NCBI GenBank assembly: GCA_965116925.1
Contig: OZ220744.1
Span: 2,688,001-2,752,000, forward strand
Reading direction: 5' to 3'
Source of the DNA: Candidatus Poribacteria bacterium
Lineage (GTDB): Bacteria; Poribacteria; WGA-4E; PCPOR2b
DNA length: 64,000 nucleotides
The first letter of the stretch is position 1. Each line of letters begins with the position of its first letter. Shown here piece by piece: positions 1-9,398 of this stretch. The position numbers were made by a program, and so were the translations under genes. A model generated the notes under the pieces. The model made no database searches and was not told where the DNA came from. It worked only from the letters and a program-made list of their open reading frames with translations.

Positions 1-1215
1 CGGGACCTGGCTCGTGGTTATTACCAACAGAACGATGCCCGGTTCTGTCAGGGAGTTCTTGCAGTTTGGGCGTTGGAAGACGTAAACGAAGGTGATGGTG
101 GCTTCGTACTGATCCCATCTAGCCACAAGAACTACGTGGAAACGCCGAAAGATGTGCTGACCGGCGCGGACGATATGGGGCTGCCCCTCCAGCCATCTCT
201 TAAAGCGGGGGACCTGCTGCTCTGTGCGGAGACCACACTGCACGGGGTGAGACCGTGGAAGGGGAATGGCCCGCAGCGACTGCTCGCATACGGATATATC
301 GCTAATAACGCGCGCCGATCAATTGATGCTGATGCTGAACCTGAGAAAGAGTCCCCTCCTGAGTGGATGGCGGAGTTGACGCCGGTACAACGGGCGGTGA
401 TGCAGGGACAGAATTTCCAACGTGCCTACCCGCCACCTGTGGTGAAATCGGATGGGAAGACCTGTCGGATTGACAAGTCGTCCGAACTGTATCACCCGTC
501 GATCTATATCCGTGATCCGGAGTCGGAGATTGATGAGAAGGAGCTCTACTTCTGGGATCTGTGCGGACACCTTGTGCTTCGGAACGTGATGGATGCGGCG
601 TGGCTTGAAGCAGCAAACGAAGCAATCGACAAGTTTGCGGATCAGATTGTGGTGGGTGGAGCCCCTGACAAAGGCTCAAAAACGCTCGCAGGAACGGGGA
701 GACCTGATCTCGGAGGTCTATTTGAACTACCAAAGCCGTATTGCAATCCCTTTCGAGAGATGATTGCCCATCCAGCGGTGATACATCGAATAAACTGGAT
801 GGTGGGGAGTGGCTTCCGCTGTGGCAACGCCACAGCGATATGCTCGGTGAAGGGAACTGCTGGGCACGCGCTGCACAGTGGCAGCGATCCTGCGAGGCCG
901 GGAAATAGCTACTTCTTCCAGAACGGACGAACCTACTGCGACTCGGTGAATGTGGCGTGGCAGCTGCGCGATGTGACGGAAGCGGATGGCGGGTTTGTGT
1001 GCCTTCCGGGTAGCCATAAGGCGAGGTATCCTATGCCGCCGGGTGTCCAATCCTGCGATGAGCCTATGGGACTGGTCCGCCATGTGTCAATGAAAGCGGG
1101 GGATGTGCTTATGTTCATGGCGGGCGCACAAACACACGGTGCTTACCCGTGGAGGAGCGATACCCAGCGTCGTACTGTCCTGATGAACTATATGGGCAGA
1201 CATATTGCTTTGTGA
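1..1215 (+). CDS. Phytanoyl-CoA dioxygenase (PhyH)-family Fe(II)/2OG oxygenase with two tandem domains, 5' end outside the window
   Basis: Frame is open from base 1. Duplicated motifs: VWALEDVNEGDGGFVLIPSSHK..LKAGD..LHG and VAWQLRDVTEADGGFVCLPGSHK..MKAGD..THG. Confidence 0.85.
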   Translation, partial: RDLARGYYQQNDARFCQGVLAVWALEDVNEGDGGFVLIPSSHKNYVETPKDVLTGADDMGLPLQPSLKAGDLLLCAETTLHGVRPWKGNGPQRLLAYGYIANNARRSIDADAEPEKESPPEWMAELTPVQRAVMQGQNFQRAYPPPVVKSDGKTCRIDKSSELYHPSIYIRDPESEIDEKELYFWDLCGHLVLRNVMDAAWLEAANEAIDKFADQIVVGGAPDKGSKTLAGTGRPDLGGLFELPKPYCNPFREMIAHPAVIHRINWMVGSGFRCGNATAICSVKGTAGHALHSGSDPARPGNSYFFQNGRTYCDSVNVAWQLRDVTEADGGFVCLPGSHKARYPMPPGVQSCDEPMGLVRHVSMKAGDVLMFMAGAQTHGAYPWRSDTQRRTVLMNYMGRHIAL

Positions 1216-1246
1216 TGCGGTTTTTGAGTTGTGGGAGAATAACATC

Positions 1247-2236
1247 ATGGATCATCGTGCACATGTGTACAAAGGTTCGCCGCCGAATCACTGCGTCTGT
1301 GATCAGGCGTTGCGTCAACTTCCCAATGGCGATTGGGGTATCATCTTCATGACTGGTGGAACACACGAGCCAGAGATAGAGAATCATATAGTGATGTGTC
1401 GATCGACGGATCAGGGAAAGACTTGGAGCCCGCCGGAAACTGTCCTCCGTTTCGATGACCGCGCTTGTCTTCTCTCTGAGGTCATTGTCCACGGCGACAA
1501 GATTCGCATCATAGGTGAGAGTCATCTTGGTCGGTTCGAGGATTGGCAGGTTTTTGTCCTGACTAGTGAGGATAGTGGCGAAACGTGGGGCGAACCAGTA
1601 CCTTCCACGCTACTGCCGAGGAGGACTTTCATACGTAACCTCTATATCTGCAGCTGGGGCGAGTGGTTTCTACCGTTCCAAAGCTACGATACGGTAGCGG
1701 ATCCGGTTATTTCTCCGTTAGCGGATGGATCGTTCAACAGTGCGGTCAACGGTGTGCTGATTAGTGGCGATGGGGGGCAGACATGGGAGAAATCTGCCGA
1801 AACAGGTCCAACCGCCGGGTGGGCAGAGAACAACCTCGTCGAATTGCGCGATGGCCGATTGGTGATGCTCATCCGCGCTGATCGTACCGGCTATCTGAAA
1901 AGGAGCGAATCGACAGATTGGGGACGGACGTGGTCGACACCGGCACCGACCGATATCCCGAACCCCGGCACCAAGTTTCGGCTGCACCGTCTCAGCGGTG
2001 GGCGAATCGTCCTGATCCATAATCCGAATCCGAAGCCGGGTGTCCGAAACCCGTTGGCGTTGTGGGCTTCCGACGATGATATGAACACATGGCCGCACCG
2101 GCGGACGCTAATTGATTTTCCTGGGCAACTTCAGTATCCAGATGGGTTTGTGGATGCGGCGGAGGAGTATGTCCATTTTGCTTTTGACTATAATCGGCAT
2201 GATCTGATTTATGTTGGCGCGAAATTGCCGACTTGA
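1247..2236 (+). CDS. Sialidase-like BNR/Asp-box beta-propeller protein
   Basis: Five Asp-boxes (STDQGKTW, SEDSGETW, SGDGGQTW, STDWGRTW, SDDDMNTW); GGAG before ATG 1247. Confidence 0.8.
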   Translation: MDHRAHVYKGSPPNHCVCDQALRQLPNGDWGIIFMTGGTHEPEIENHIVMCRSTDQGKTWSPPETVLRFDDRACLLSEVIVHGDKIRIIGESHLGRFEDWQVFVLTSEDSGETWGEPVPSTLLPRRTFIRNLYICSWGEWFLPFQSYDTVADPVISPLADGSFNSAVNGVLISGDGGQTWEKSAETGPTAGWAENNLVELRDGRLVMLIRADRTGYLKRSESTDWGRTWSTPAPTDIPNPGTKFRLHRLSGGRIVLIHNPNPKPGVRNPLALWASDDDMNTWPHRRTLIDFPGQLQYPDGFVDAAEEYVHFAFDYNRHDLIYVGAKLPT

Positions 2237-2256
2237 TTTTTGTAATTGGAGGGATT

Positions 2257-2889
2257 ATGAGCAAAATTAAAACAGCGGTAATCACCGGGCAACATGCCTT
2301 TGATGTGCCGGGGTTTCATGGGTTGTTCAGGAGCATTCCCGAAATAGATTTTTATCTACAGGATCTGGAGAACTTTGCAGCCGATGCCGGCAAGGTCCGA
2401 GATCAGTATGATGCGCTTGTGTTCTATAACTTTCACCGGGTGACGCCTGATGAGGGGAGAGTCAGGGAAGCGATTGAAGGGTTAGGCGAAGATGGGACGG
2501 GTATTTTGGTGCTGCACCACGCCATCCTTGCGTTTCCAGAATGGCAGCTGTGGTCGGATCTGTGCGGCATTCAAGATCGGAGTTTCGGTGTCCAGATTGA
2601 CCAGACCGTGCACGTTGACATCGTGGATTCGCAGCACCCAACCACGCAGGGATTAAATGCGTGGGAGATGGTGGATGAGATCTATATTATGGCAGATCCG
2701 GGGGAGGACAGCGAACTGTTGTTGACCACCGATCACCCCGATAGCATGAAAACGTTAGCGTGGGCACGACAGTACAAAAATGCACGTGTGTTCTGCTGTC
2801 AGTCGGGTCACGACGATCAGGTTTTCTCTGACCCAAATTTCCGCACGGTGATTTCGCAGGGCATTCAGTGGTTAGCGGGCAAGATTTAG
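2257..2889 (+). CDS. ThuA-like domain protein
   Basis: ITGQHAFD, LVLHHA, HP..GL..W..VDEIY, LAWAR..RVF..GHD pattern; GGAGG RBS. Confidence 0.8.
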   Translation: MSKIKTAVITGQHAFDVPGFHGLFRSIPEIDFYLQDLENFAADAGKVRDQYDALVFYNFHRVTPDEGRVREAIEGLGEDGTGILVLHHAILAFPEWQLWSDLCGIQDRSFGVQIDQTVHVDIVDSQHPTTQGLNAWEMVDEIYIMADPGEDSELLLTTDHPDSMKTLAWARQYKNARVFCCQSGHDDQVFSDPNFRTVISQGIQWLAGKI

Positions 2890-2901
2890 GGGAGAAAGTT
2901 A

Positions 2902-3852
2902 ATGCGCACATTGAGCATTCAAGGCTTACCCGATAAGAGACGGCAGAAAGTGCTTGTCCACGATTGGCCCGAACCGGAAGGACCAACTGGTAACGAAGTC
3001 AAGACTGAGACGATCTATTCCGGGATAACAAACGGCACGGAACGAAATCAACTGATCGGCGGAAACTACGCTCCCAAAGATGAACAGCTGCCCACCGGCG
3101 GAAACGGTTACCAAAATGTGGGACGGGTAATTGAGGTGGGTCCCGATGTCAGCGAATTGCAGATTGGGGATGTGCTGTATATGAGTGCTATCCATGCGGA
3201 ATACGTGGTGATCGCAGAGGATGACCTGCTCATTAAGCTGCCTGACTCGATTGACCGGACGGAGGCTGCACTTTTCGGGATGACCAGCGTCGCGATGCGT
3301 ACCTGCCGGAACACCGAGCTGAAGATGGGAGAACGGGTGCTGATTGTGGGGGCTGGCATCATCGGTCAGGTCGCTGCACAGATCGCAGCCGTTATGGGTG
3401 CCCGCCCCACGCTTTGCGATATTAACCCCAACCGTTTGGAGCTTGCTAGGGAGATCGGTGCGGTTGAAACCGTTCTGGATGTTTCGGGCGATGGCTGGGA
3501 AAATGGAGTCGCTGACGGGACATTCGACGCAGTGATTGACTTTGCGGGTGTTCCGGGCATGGAGGACCAACTGATCAGTGCGGTGCGCCGCCGTGGCAGG
3601 GTGATATTCATCGCTGGACGAGGCAAAGTGACTTATACCTTTAACCTCGGTCAGGGACAGGAGATTCAACTGAAGCAGAACAGCCACTTTGATCGCGATG
3701 ACCTACAGAATCTATGTCGTCTTGTAGATCGGGGGTTGGTGAAAATTGCGCCGTTAATTCGCGATGTTGTCCCGGTGAGTGAAGCCAAGCGGATCTATGA
3801 CATACTCCGGGATAACCCTAATGAATTATTGGGGACGGTGTTTGTGTGGTAA
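2902..3852 (+). CDS. MDR-superfamily (zinc-ADH-like) dehydrogenase
   Basis: SGITNGTE, GYQNVGRV, GAGIIG Rossmann motif; canonical catalytic Zn Cys/His not evident. Confidence 0.8.
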   Translation: MRTLSIQGLPDKRRQKVLVHDWPEPEGPTGNEVKTETIYSGITNGTERNQLIGGNYAPKDEQLPTGGNGYQNVGRVIEVGPDVSELQIGDVLYMSAIHAEYVVIAEDDLLIKLPDSIDRTEAALFGMTSVAMRTCRNTELKMGERVLIVGAGIIGQVAAQIAAVMGARPTLCDINPNRLELAREIGAVETVLDVSGDGWENGVADGTFDAVIDFAGVPGMEDQLISAVRRRGRVIFIAGRGKVTYTFNLGQGQEIQLKQNSHFDRDDLQNLCRLVDRGLVKIAPLIRDVVPVSEAKRIYDILRDNPNELLGTVFVW

Positions 3853-3861
3853 CGTTTGGGT

Positions 3862-3921
3862 GTCGAGATGTGAATCTCGACCTACAGTTGGGTTTCACGT
3901 TTTCCGTTCAACCCAACCTAC
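3862..3921 (-). repeat. Two GTAG-type REP hairpins between convergent genes
   Basis: GTCGAGATGTGAATCTCGAC-CTAC and GTTGGGTT..AACCCAAC-CTAC; both recur elsewhere (9323, 32561, 54361, 61604; 43397). Confidence 0.8.
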
Positions 3922-5039
3922 AGCAGATGCCGAAAGTTGTGGATCTGATGGAACGTAATTCGATTGGCGTCGTGGTAGTTATGCGCGCCGTCGTAGGCGG
4001 TGCGAACGATGTAGAGAATGTCGTCGCCATCGAACTGCCAATCCACATACTGGAAACCGGTTAACTGAACGGATTGTTCATAAGGCAAGCCCTGATCATC
4101 CTCTAATAGCGTGAGTTTATGCTCCCAACGGAGGAGGTCTGCGGAGGTGTGCAACGACAGCACGGTGCGCCGAGAGGGTTGACTTGGGTTGGGATTGTTG
4201 TTACTGAGGGTCAGGTAGCGTCCGGTCTTCTGGTCAAAACGGATGGTGAACTTTGTCATTCCGCCGGGAAAGTCGATGAACCCTGTCTCTGGATCGAACG
4301 TGATGGTCTTACCGTCGTCGTGAACTTTAACGATTGCCGCCTTGTCCCACAGTGGGAGCGAGTTGAAGCGGAGGATATTCCAGATCTCCCCGTTCTTTGT
4401 TTTTACTATGTTCCCTTCTAACCAGCCCGGACGTTCCAATTTTCCCCATTCCTCTGGGACCCATGCTGGATCGAAGGGGAGTTTGTTGCTCATCGTCCAG
4501 TTGGCAGCGTCGAGGAGATCTGTGTCCGCATCGGCGGAGATTACGAGGGATTGGAAACCGATGCCCCAGACACATGGATTGCAGTCCTCGAATGCTCGAT
4601 ACAGCCTGCCGTCTTTCAGAAGAGTTGGCACGGGGGCACAGTGGTAATTGGGTGGTTCGTGGAACGAACCACCCTTAAACAGCAAGCCGGATTTCTCGTC
4701 TTTGGGATGGGTCCAAGTGTACCCGCCATCACAGCTGCGGCGGATCACAATTGAGCCGTATTGCTGTGATGTGCCGAATAGGTAAACATCGCCGTTGTGG
4801 GTAAATAGCGAACTCCAGAATGCGTTGGCGATGTGGGTGAGGTTAGCCCAAGTGTCTCCGTTGTTATCAGAACAGTAGACGCTGGTTAGGTGTTCCTCGT
4901 TTTCGTGGTTCAGAGGGCAGCCTTTCCCGAAATAGTCGTGCGTTGCGAGCAGCGTTCCATCTGGGAGCCGGACGATGCTCGGACTGCCGAGGTAGGTTTG
5001 TGTTTTGGCGTCCTGAAACTTGATTTCGTTAAAGTCCAT
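3918..5039 (-). CDS. Sialidase-like BNR/Asp-box protein
   Basis: GSPSIVRLPDG, SDNNGDTW, SCDGGYTW, GWLEGN, GFQYVDWQFDG, HNYHDAN. Confidence 0.75.
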   Translation of the reverse strand: MDFNEIKFQDAKTQTYLGSPSIVRLPDGTLLATHDYFGKGCPLNHENEEHLTSVYCSDNNGDTWANLTHIANAFWSSLFTHNGDVYLFGTSQQYGSIVIRRSCDGGYTWTHPKDEKSGLLFKGGSFHEPPNYHCAPVPTLLKDGRLYRAFEDCNPCVWGIGFQSLVISADADTDLLDAANWTMSNKLPFDPAWVPEEWGKLERPGWLEGNIVKTKNGEIWNILRFNSLPLWDKAAIVKVHDDGKTITFDPETGFIDFPGGMTKFTIRFDQKTGRYLTLSNNNPNPSQPSRRTVLSLHTSADLLRWEHKLTLLEDDQGLPYEQSVQLTGFQYVDWQFDGDDILYIVRTAYDGAHNYHDANRITFHQIHNFRHLL

Positions 5040-5138
5040 AGATTACCTTTCATTTAGGGCTGAATTGGTTAAAAGCATACGAAGATCTCTTTCAGTTTAC
5101 CAAAGTTGGGGGATTAGGGCAACGAAAAGGAGTTGGAC

Positions 5139-5987
5139 ATGCAGATTGTGGTCACCGGTGCGAGTGGTCGTATTGGTCGTTATGTTGTGAAGGAATTGGT
5201 GAATGCGGGCCACAATGTCACTGGCATTGATATATTAGCATCCGAAGAGAGAATGTCTCGCTTTTTACGCGTTGATCTGACCGATGCGGGTGAAGTGTAT
5301 CAAGCATTAGCCGCTACGGAAGCTGAGGCAGTTGTCCACTTAGGGGCATGGGCGAATGCGGGTGTTGTTCCTGACACACGGACCTACGGGGATAATGTTC
5401 AAGGGACTTTTAATCTGTTTCAGGCGTGTGTGGATTTGGGGATTCAACGTGTGATTTCAGCGTCTAGCGCACAGGTCTACGGATTTGCTCAAGCACCACC
5501 TGTCTATGTGCCGGCTGACGAAGCCCATCCGTTACGTCCCGCCAACTGTTATGCGCTTTCAAAGGTGGTGGGAGAGCAGGCTGCAGATTACTTCGTCGAG
5601 CGTTTTGGGCTGACGATTCTTTCCTTCCGGTTGATGGGGATTCGGATGCCAAGCCAACTGGACGCGGAAATTGATGAGTTGGTACAGGATCCGAGCAAGG
5701 GGACATCTCTGCTATGGACACGCACGGACGCTCGTGATGCTGCAATTGCGTGTCGGTTGGCGGTTGAGGCAGAATCGGTGGCTTCGGGGGCTTACAATAT
5801 TACTGGGGCGCGGGTTGTGTTGTCGGAACCGACTGCGACGTTGGTGGAACGCTATTTTGGGGATGAGACGGAGATTCAGGATGCGTTGCTAGGTCATATT
5901 TCTCCTATGAGTTGTGATAAGGCGGAAGCGGCTTTCGGCTATCAACCGCGATTTGTATGGTCTGTGTCGGACAGATACAGGGAATGA
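5139..5987 (+). CDS. NAD-dependent epimerase/dehydratase (extended SDR)
   Basis: TGASGRIG, YALSK; AAGGAG RBS. Confidence 0.85.
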   Translation: MQIVVTGASGRIGRYVVKELVNAGHNVTGIDILASEERMSRFLRVDLTDAGEVYQALAATEAEAVVHLGAWANAGVVPDTRTYGDNVQGTFNLFQACVDLGIQRVISASSAQVYGFAQAPPVYVPADEAHPLRPANCYALSKVVGEQAADYFVERFGLTILSFRLMGIRMPSQLDAEIDELVQDPSKGTSLLWTRTDARDAAIACRLAVEAESVASGAYNITGARVVLSEPTATLVERYFGDETEIQDALLGHISPMSCDKAEAAFGYQPRFVWSVSDRYRE

Positions 5988-6041
5988 TGCAAAAAATGGT
6001 AGATACGGTGGTTACGGCACGCGGAGCGTGCCTACTACTTT

Positions 6042-6812
6042 ATGGAGAGAACTGTGCTGATTCATAATCCGAAAGGTCATTATCATTTTCTTAAGGGTAT
6101 CGATCCGTATTCCTGCGGTGTTATCGCTGATTCCGGTTATGAGATCGTCAATGTTACATTGAAACATTCCATCCCATGGCGTGAGGGATTTACGCGCATT
6201 GATGCGTATTTGAGGTCCCAGGGGTGTAAACGGACAGCGTTGTGTGCGATGCAACTCCGTAGTCCGGCACCTTTCACTATGGAGGGGTTCATTGATTTTA
6301 ATCGCGGTTACTGCGAAGTTTTGCAGGAGTGGGGGCTTTATGTAGAAGAACTCAATCCGTTGGCACGCACAAATGTGGCACCGTTGGTAGAGCCACCGGC
6401 AGTCCCGATGCTTTACGGCTTTTCGTATGTGCGTCCTTGCGATAATGCAGCGCAATCGACCTTTATCATTGCTGGTGCCGGTGAACTTTTGGAGGCGGCG
6501 TTGAACTCCGAAGGGATTGTTCGATGGGGGGAAACCGGTAGTGATGCGATACGAGAGAAGGCGACTTATGTTGTCGAAGTGATGGAGGAAAGGCTCTTGG
6601 GGTTGGGCGGAACTTGGGAGGCGGTCAATCGGATCAATATCTATACCGTGCATCCGATCAGCGGTCTCGTCGAAGATATTGTGCTGCCGAAGCTAGTCGC
6701 GGGTAGAGGGCACGGCATCCACTGGTATCCCTCCCGTCCACCGATTGTGGATATAGAATACGAGATGGATATGCGGGGGGTAGTGCAAGAGTTATACGTT
6801 GATTTCAGTTGA
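6042..6812 (+). CDS. CnbZ-like (2-amino-5-chloromuconate deaminase-like) protein
   Basis: YSCGV, ALCAMQLRSPAPFT..GF..FN, NPLARTNVAP, RPPI..IEYEMD match the family as recalled. Confidence 0.65.
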   Translation: MERTVLIHNPKGHYHFLKGIDPYSCGVIADSGYEIVNVTLKHSIPWREGFTRIDAYLRSQGCKRTALCAMQLRSPAPFTMEGFIDFNRGYCEVLQEWGLYVEELNPLARTNVAPLVEPPAVPMLYGFSYVRPCDNAAQSTFIIAGAGELLEAALNSEGIVRWGETGSDAIREKATYVVEVMEERLLGLGGTWEAVNRINIYTVHPISGLVEDIVLPKLVAGRGHGIHWYPSRPPIVDIEYEMDMRGVVQELYVDFS

Positions 6813-6945
6813 ATGCTCCTTTCTACAGATTTCAATAGTGTAGTAATTAAGAGCAATTCATGTAAAGCTTATTTAGGACGGATCAGGTCATTTCTTACCC
6901 ATTACGTTTTACGTATTATTTTCTACCGATTTCAAAGGAGAATCC

Positions 6946-7989
6946 ATGAACCAAAAGGGACAAGATATACTCGTTCAGGCAGAACCACTTCATGAATTTG
7001 CTATCGCACTCTACCAAAAAGCGGGCGTCAGTCAGGAACATGCACAGTTGATGGCGGATCTCCAAGTCGAAACCGATCTGCGGAGCGTCCACTCGCACGG
7101 CACACGCATGATACCTTGGTATGTGCGCAGCATCCTCGACGGGGCGATGAACCCCAGTCCAGACATTCGCGTTGTCCAAGAGGGTCCCGGCTTTGCCGTC
7201 ATTGATGGGGATAACGGTCTGGGACACCCACCGAGTGCGTTGGCGATGCAGATGGCAATCGAAAAAGCAGGCTCGACGGGTATCGCCGCAGCGGGAGTAC
7301 GGAATGCGGGGCATTTTGGCGCTGCCGCTTGTTACACGATGATGGCGGTCGAAGCGAAGATGATCGGCTTCTCAACGACGAACACAGGCGGGCCGTCTGT
7401 CGCTGCGCCGGGGGCGGCGGAACCTGTGGTTACAAATAACCCACTCAGTTATGGCATCCCCGCCGGCGAGGAACGCCCTATTGTGTTGGACATGGCGTGT
7501 GGTTCTTCGGCGTGGGGGAAGGTTCGGACACTGCAAATGTACGGGATTCCAATTCCCCCGGGGTGGCTATTAACCACCGACGGGAAGCCGACACAGGACC
7601 CCATCGAGGGGAAGATACTGACACCGGCAGGCGGACCGAGGGGGTACGGCTTGGCGTTGACTATGGGTATTTTAGCCGGTCCTTTGGTGGGTGGTTTGAT
7701 GGCGACCGCAAAACAGGGCGACGCTACCTCGGAACACTTTTTTATCGCAATCAATGTCGCGAGTTTCACAGACTTTGATGAGTACGCTGCAGCGATAGAT
7801 CAGGGGATCCGCGCGATTCAGGCGGCAAAACCGGTTGAGGGGGTGGATCAGGTGTATCTGCCCGGCGAAATCGAGTGGCGCAAACGCGAAGCGTGGGTTG
7901 ATAGTGCCATTCCGCTTCATGTCGATCATCTACGGGATTTGGCGAGCCTCGCAGAAGAGTTGAAGGTTGACATCTGTTGGGAATGGTAA
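6946..7989 (+). CDS. Ldh_2-family (malate/L-sulfolactate/ureidoglycolate-type) oxidoreductase
   Basis: DLRSVHSHG, DGDNGLG, HFG, NNPLSYGIP, LDMA, GGPRGYGL, YLPGE. Confidence 0.9.
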   Translation: MNQKGQDILVQAEPLHEFAIALYQKAGVSQEHAQLMADLQVETDLRSVHSHGTRMIPWYVRSILDGAMNPSPDIRVVQEGPGFAVIDGDNGLGHPPSALAMQMAIEKAGSTGIAAAGVRNAGHFGAAACYTMMAVEAKMIGFSTTNTGGPSVAAPGAAEPVVTNNPLSYGIPAGEERPIVLDMACGSSAWGKVRTLQMYGIPIPPGWLLTTDGKPTQDPIEGKILTPAGGPRGYGLALTMGILAGPLVGGLMATAKQGDATSEHFFIAINVASFTDFDEYAAAIDQGIRAIQAAKPVEGVDQVYLPGEIEWRKREAWVDSAIPLHVDHLRDLASLAEELKVDICWEW

Positions 7990-8205
7990 GCAAAAGAGCA
8001 GGCGAGGCTGGTAAATCAGAGCCGTGAAACGAATGTCTCTTAATCCAATAGAATGTCCCTAGGAGTGGGGGAGTCCATCTGTTTAGGGGTTCATTCGGTA
8101 CTGCCGGGGGACAGGGTGTAATTACCCCCAAGAACTAGACAGTTGACTAAGGTGGATTTTCGCGACGGCGCAGCGAAGGGCACCTATTACACTTATGCCC
8201 TGCTG

Positions 8206-8976
8206 CTACCACTGCCACTGTTTGGGACGCCACAGATGCGCTTCTTGGACGCCTAACTCTTCCAAGATCGGATCGAGCTCCGACAGTTCTCCGAGCTCTT
8301 CAGCATTATGTGCGTCGCTACCAATAAGCAGCTTCACTTCCCGTTCCAAGCACAACTGGTAAAACTCAATTAAGTGCCGCTGATTGTACCGGATAAACTT
8401 CGGGCTGATCTCAATGGCAATTTCGCGTTGAGAGGCGAGGTCTAACTGGTGAATCAGCCGTTTCTGATCGATATACCGCATCATCTCACTCCCGAATGCT
8501 GAAACCTCCTCGTTCGACAAACGAAAGACATTCGGTATCAAAACAAATGGATGCGCGATAGCATCGGTCAACGGACAAGCGATCGCGGCTTCAAACATGT
8601 AGAGCTCATGGTTTGCAACTCTTCTTGGATTACCGAGATCTGAGGGGAGCGCGACCCCACGCAGATGGTAATGGTTGGGTGCCATCAAAACATAATCAAA
8701 GTATGATGCCAGTTGGATATTGACGGAAGCAACTCGGTATTCTAAGATGTGTGCTTCAACGCCAAAGTGGATAGGAATTGGCGATTCACATTTCTGGATA
8801 ATTTTTCTGACCGCTTCAATGTTCTTGGTTTTATAGCCATACGCATAATCGTGATCGGTGATACCAATTTCCTTTATTCCACGTTCTTGTTGGACTTTAA
8901 TAATTTTCTTTAGATCGAAATCCCTAGCGGCGCAGGGGGAAAGTCTAGTATGTATGTGATAATCACAGTTGAACAT
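8206..8976 (-). CDS. PHP-domain phosphoesterase
   Basis: DYHIHT, GITDH, AHP, GSDAH. Confidence 0.85.
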   Translation of the reverse strand: MFNCDYHIHTRLSPCAARDFDLKKIIKVQQERGIKEIGITDHDYAYGYKTKNIEAVRKIIQKCESPIPIHFGVEAHILEYRVASVNIQLASYFDYVLMAPNHYHLRGVALPSDLGNPRRVANHELYMFEAAIACPLTDAIAHPFVLIPNVFRLSNEEVSAFGSEMMRYIDQKRLIHQLDLASQREIAIEISPKFIRYNQRHLIEFYQLCLEREVKLLIGSDAHNAEELGELSELDPILEELGVQEAHLWRPKQWQW

Positions 8977-9127
8977 GCTTTCGACTCCTTCAGTGAAGAC
9001 AACCCCAATACATCGGAGGAGTAAGGTATGATTGCAAACAGTTATTTATTGGATCTAACGTTGGAATTGCCGTATCATTCCGATATTATGACAGATACTG
9101 AAAATGATTGCAAGCAAAAAAGATAAG

Positions 9128-9285
9128 GGCTCACGTCAAAAGAAGATGCAGAACGCTAAGAACGTGAAACGCGATGCGTGAAACGTAAAAACAAACTCTG
9201 TGTTTACTGGTTCATTAGTACATGGGTTCATTAATAAACGAGTGAACTTAATCGGTTTAGGTTGCGCCATTTCTTTACATGAGCC
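9128..9285. mobile_element. MITE with GGCTCA(C/T)GT..ACATGAGCC ends and a heptamer-repeat interior
   Basis: Same terminal inverted repeats as 46229-46360 and 57928-58058; flanks AAGATAAG/AAGATGTA only partly match. Confidence 0.6.
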
Positions 9286-9290
9286 AAGAT

Positions 9291-9346
9291 GTAGGTCGAT
9301 TTTCCAAAATCGACGTTGGGGTGTCGAGATATGAATCTCGACCTAC
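9291..9346. repeat. Inverted REP doublet
   Basis: GTAG-GTCGATTTTCCAAAATCGAC ... GTCGAGATATGAATCTCGAC-CTAC. Confidence 0.8.
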
Positions 9347-9398
9347 AATAGACTCCCATTCCTGACAGACGCTCCTCCCCTATTTTCACGTTTCTTTT

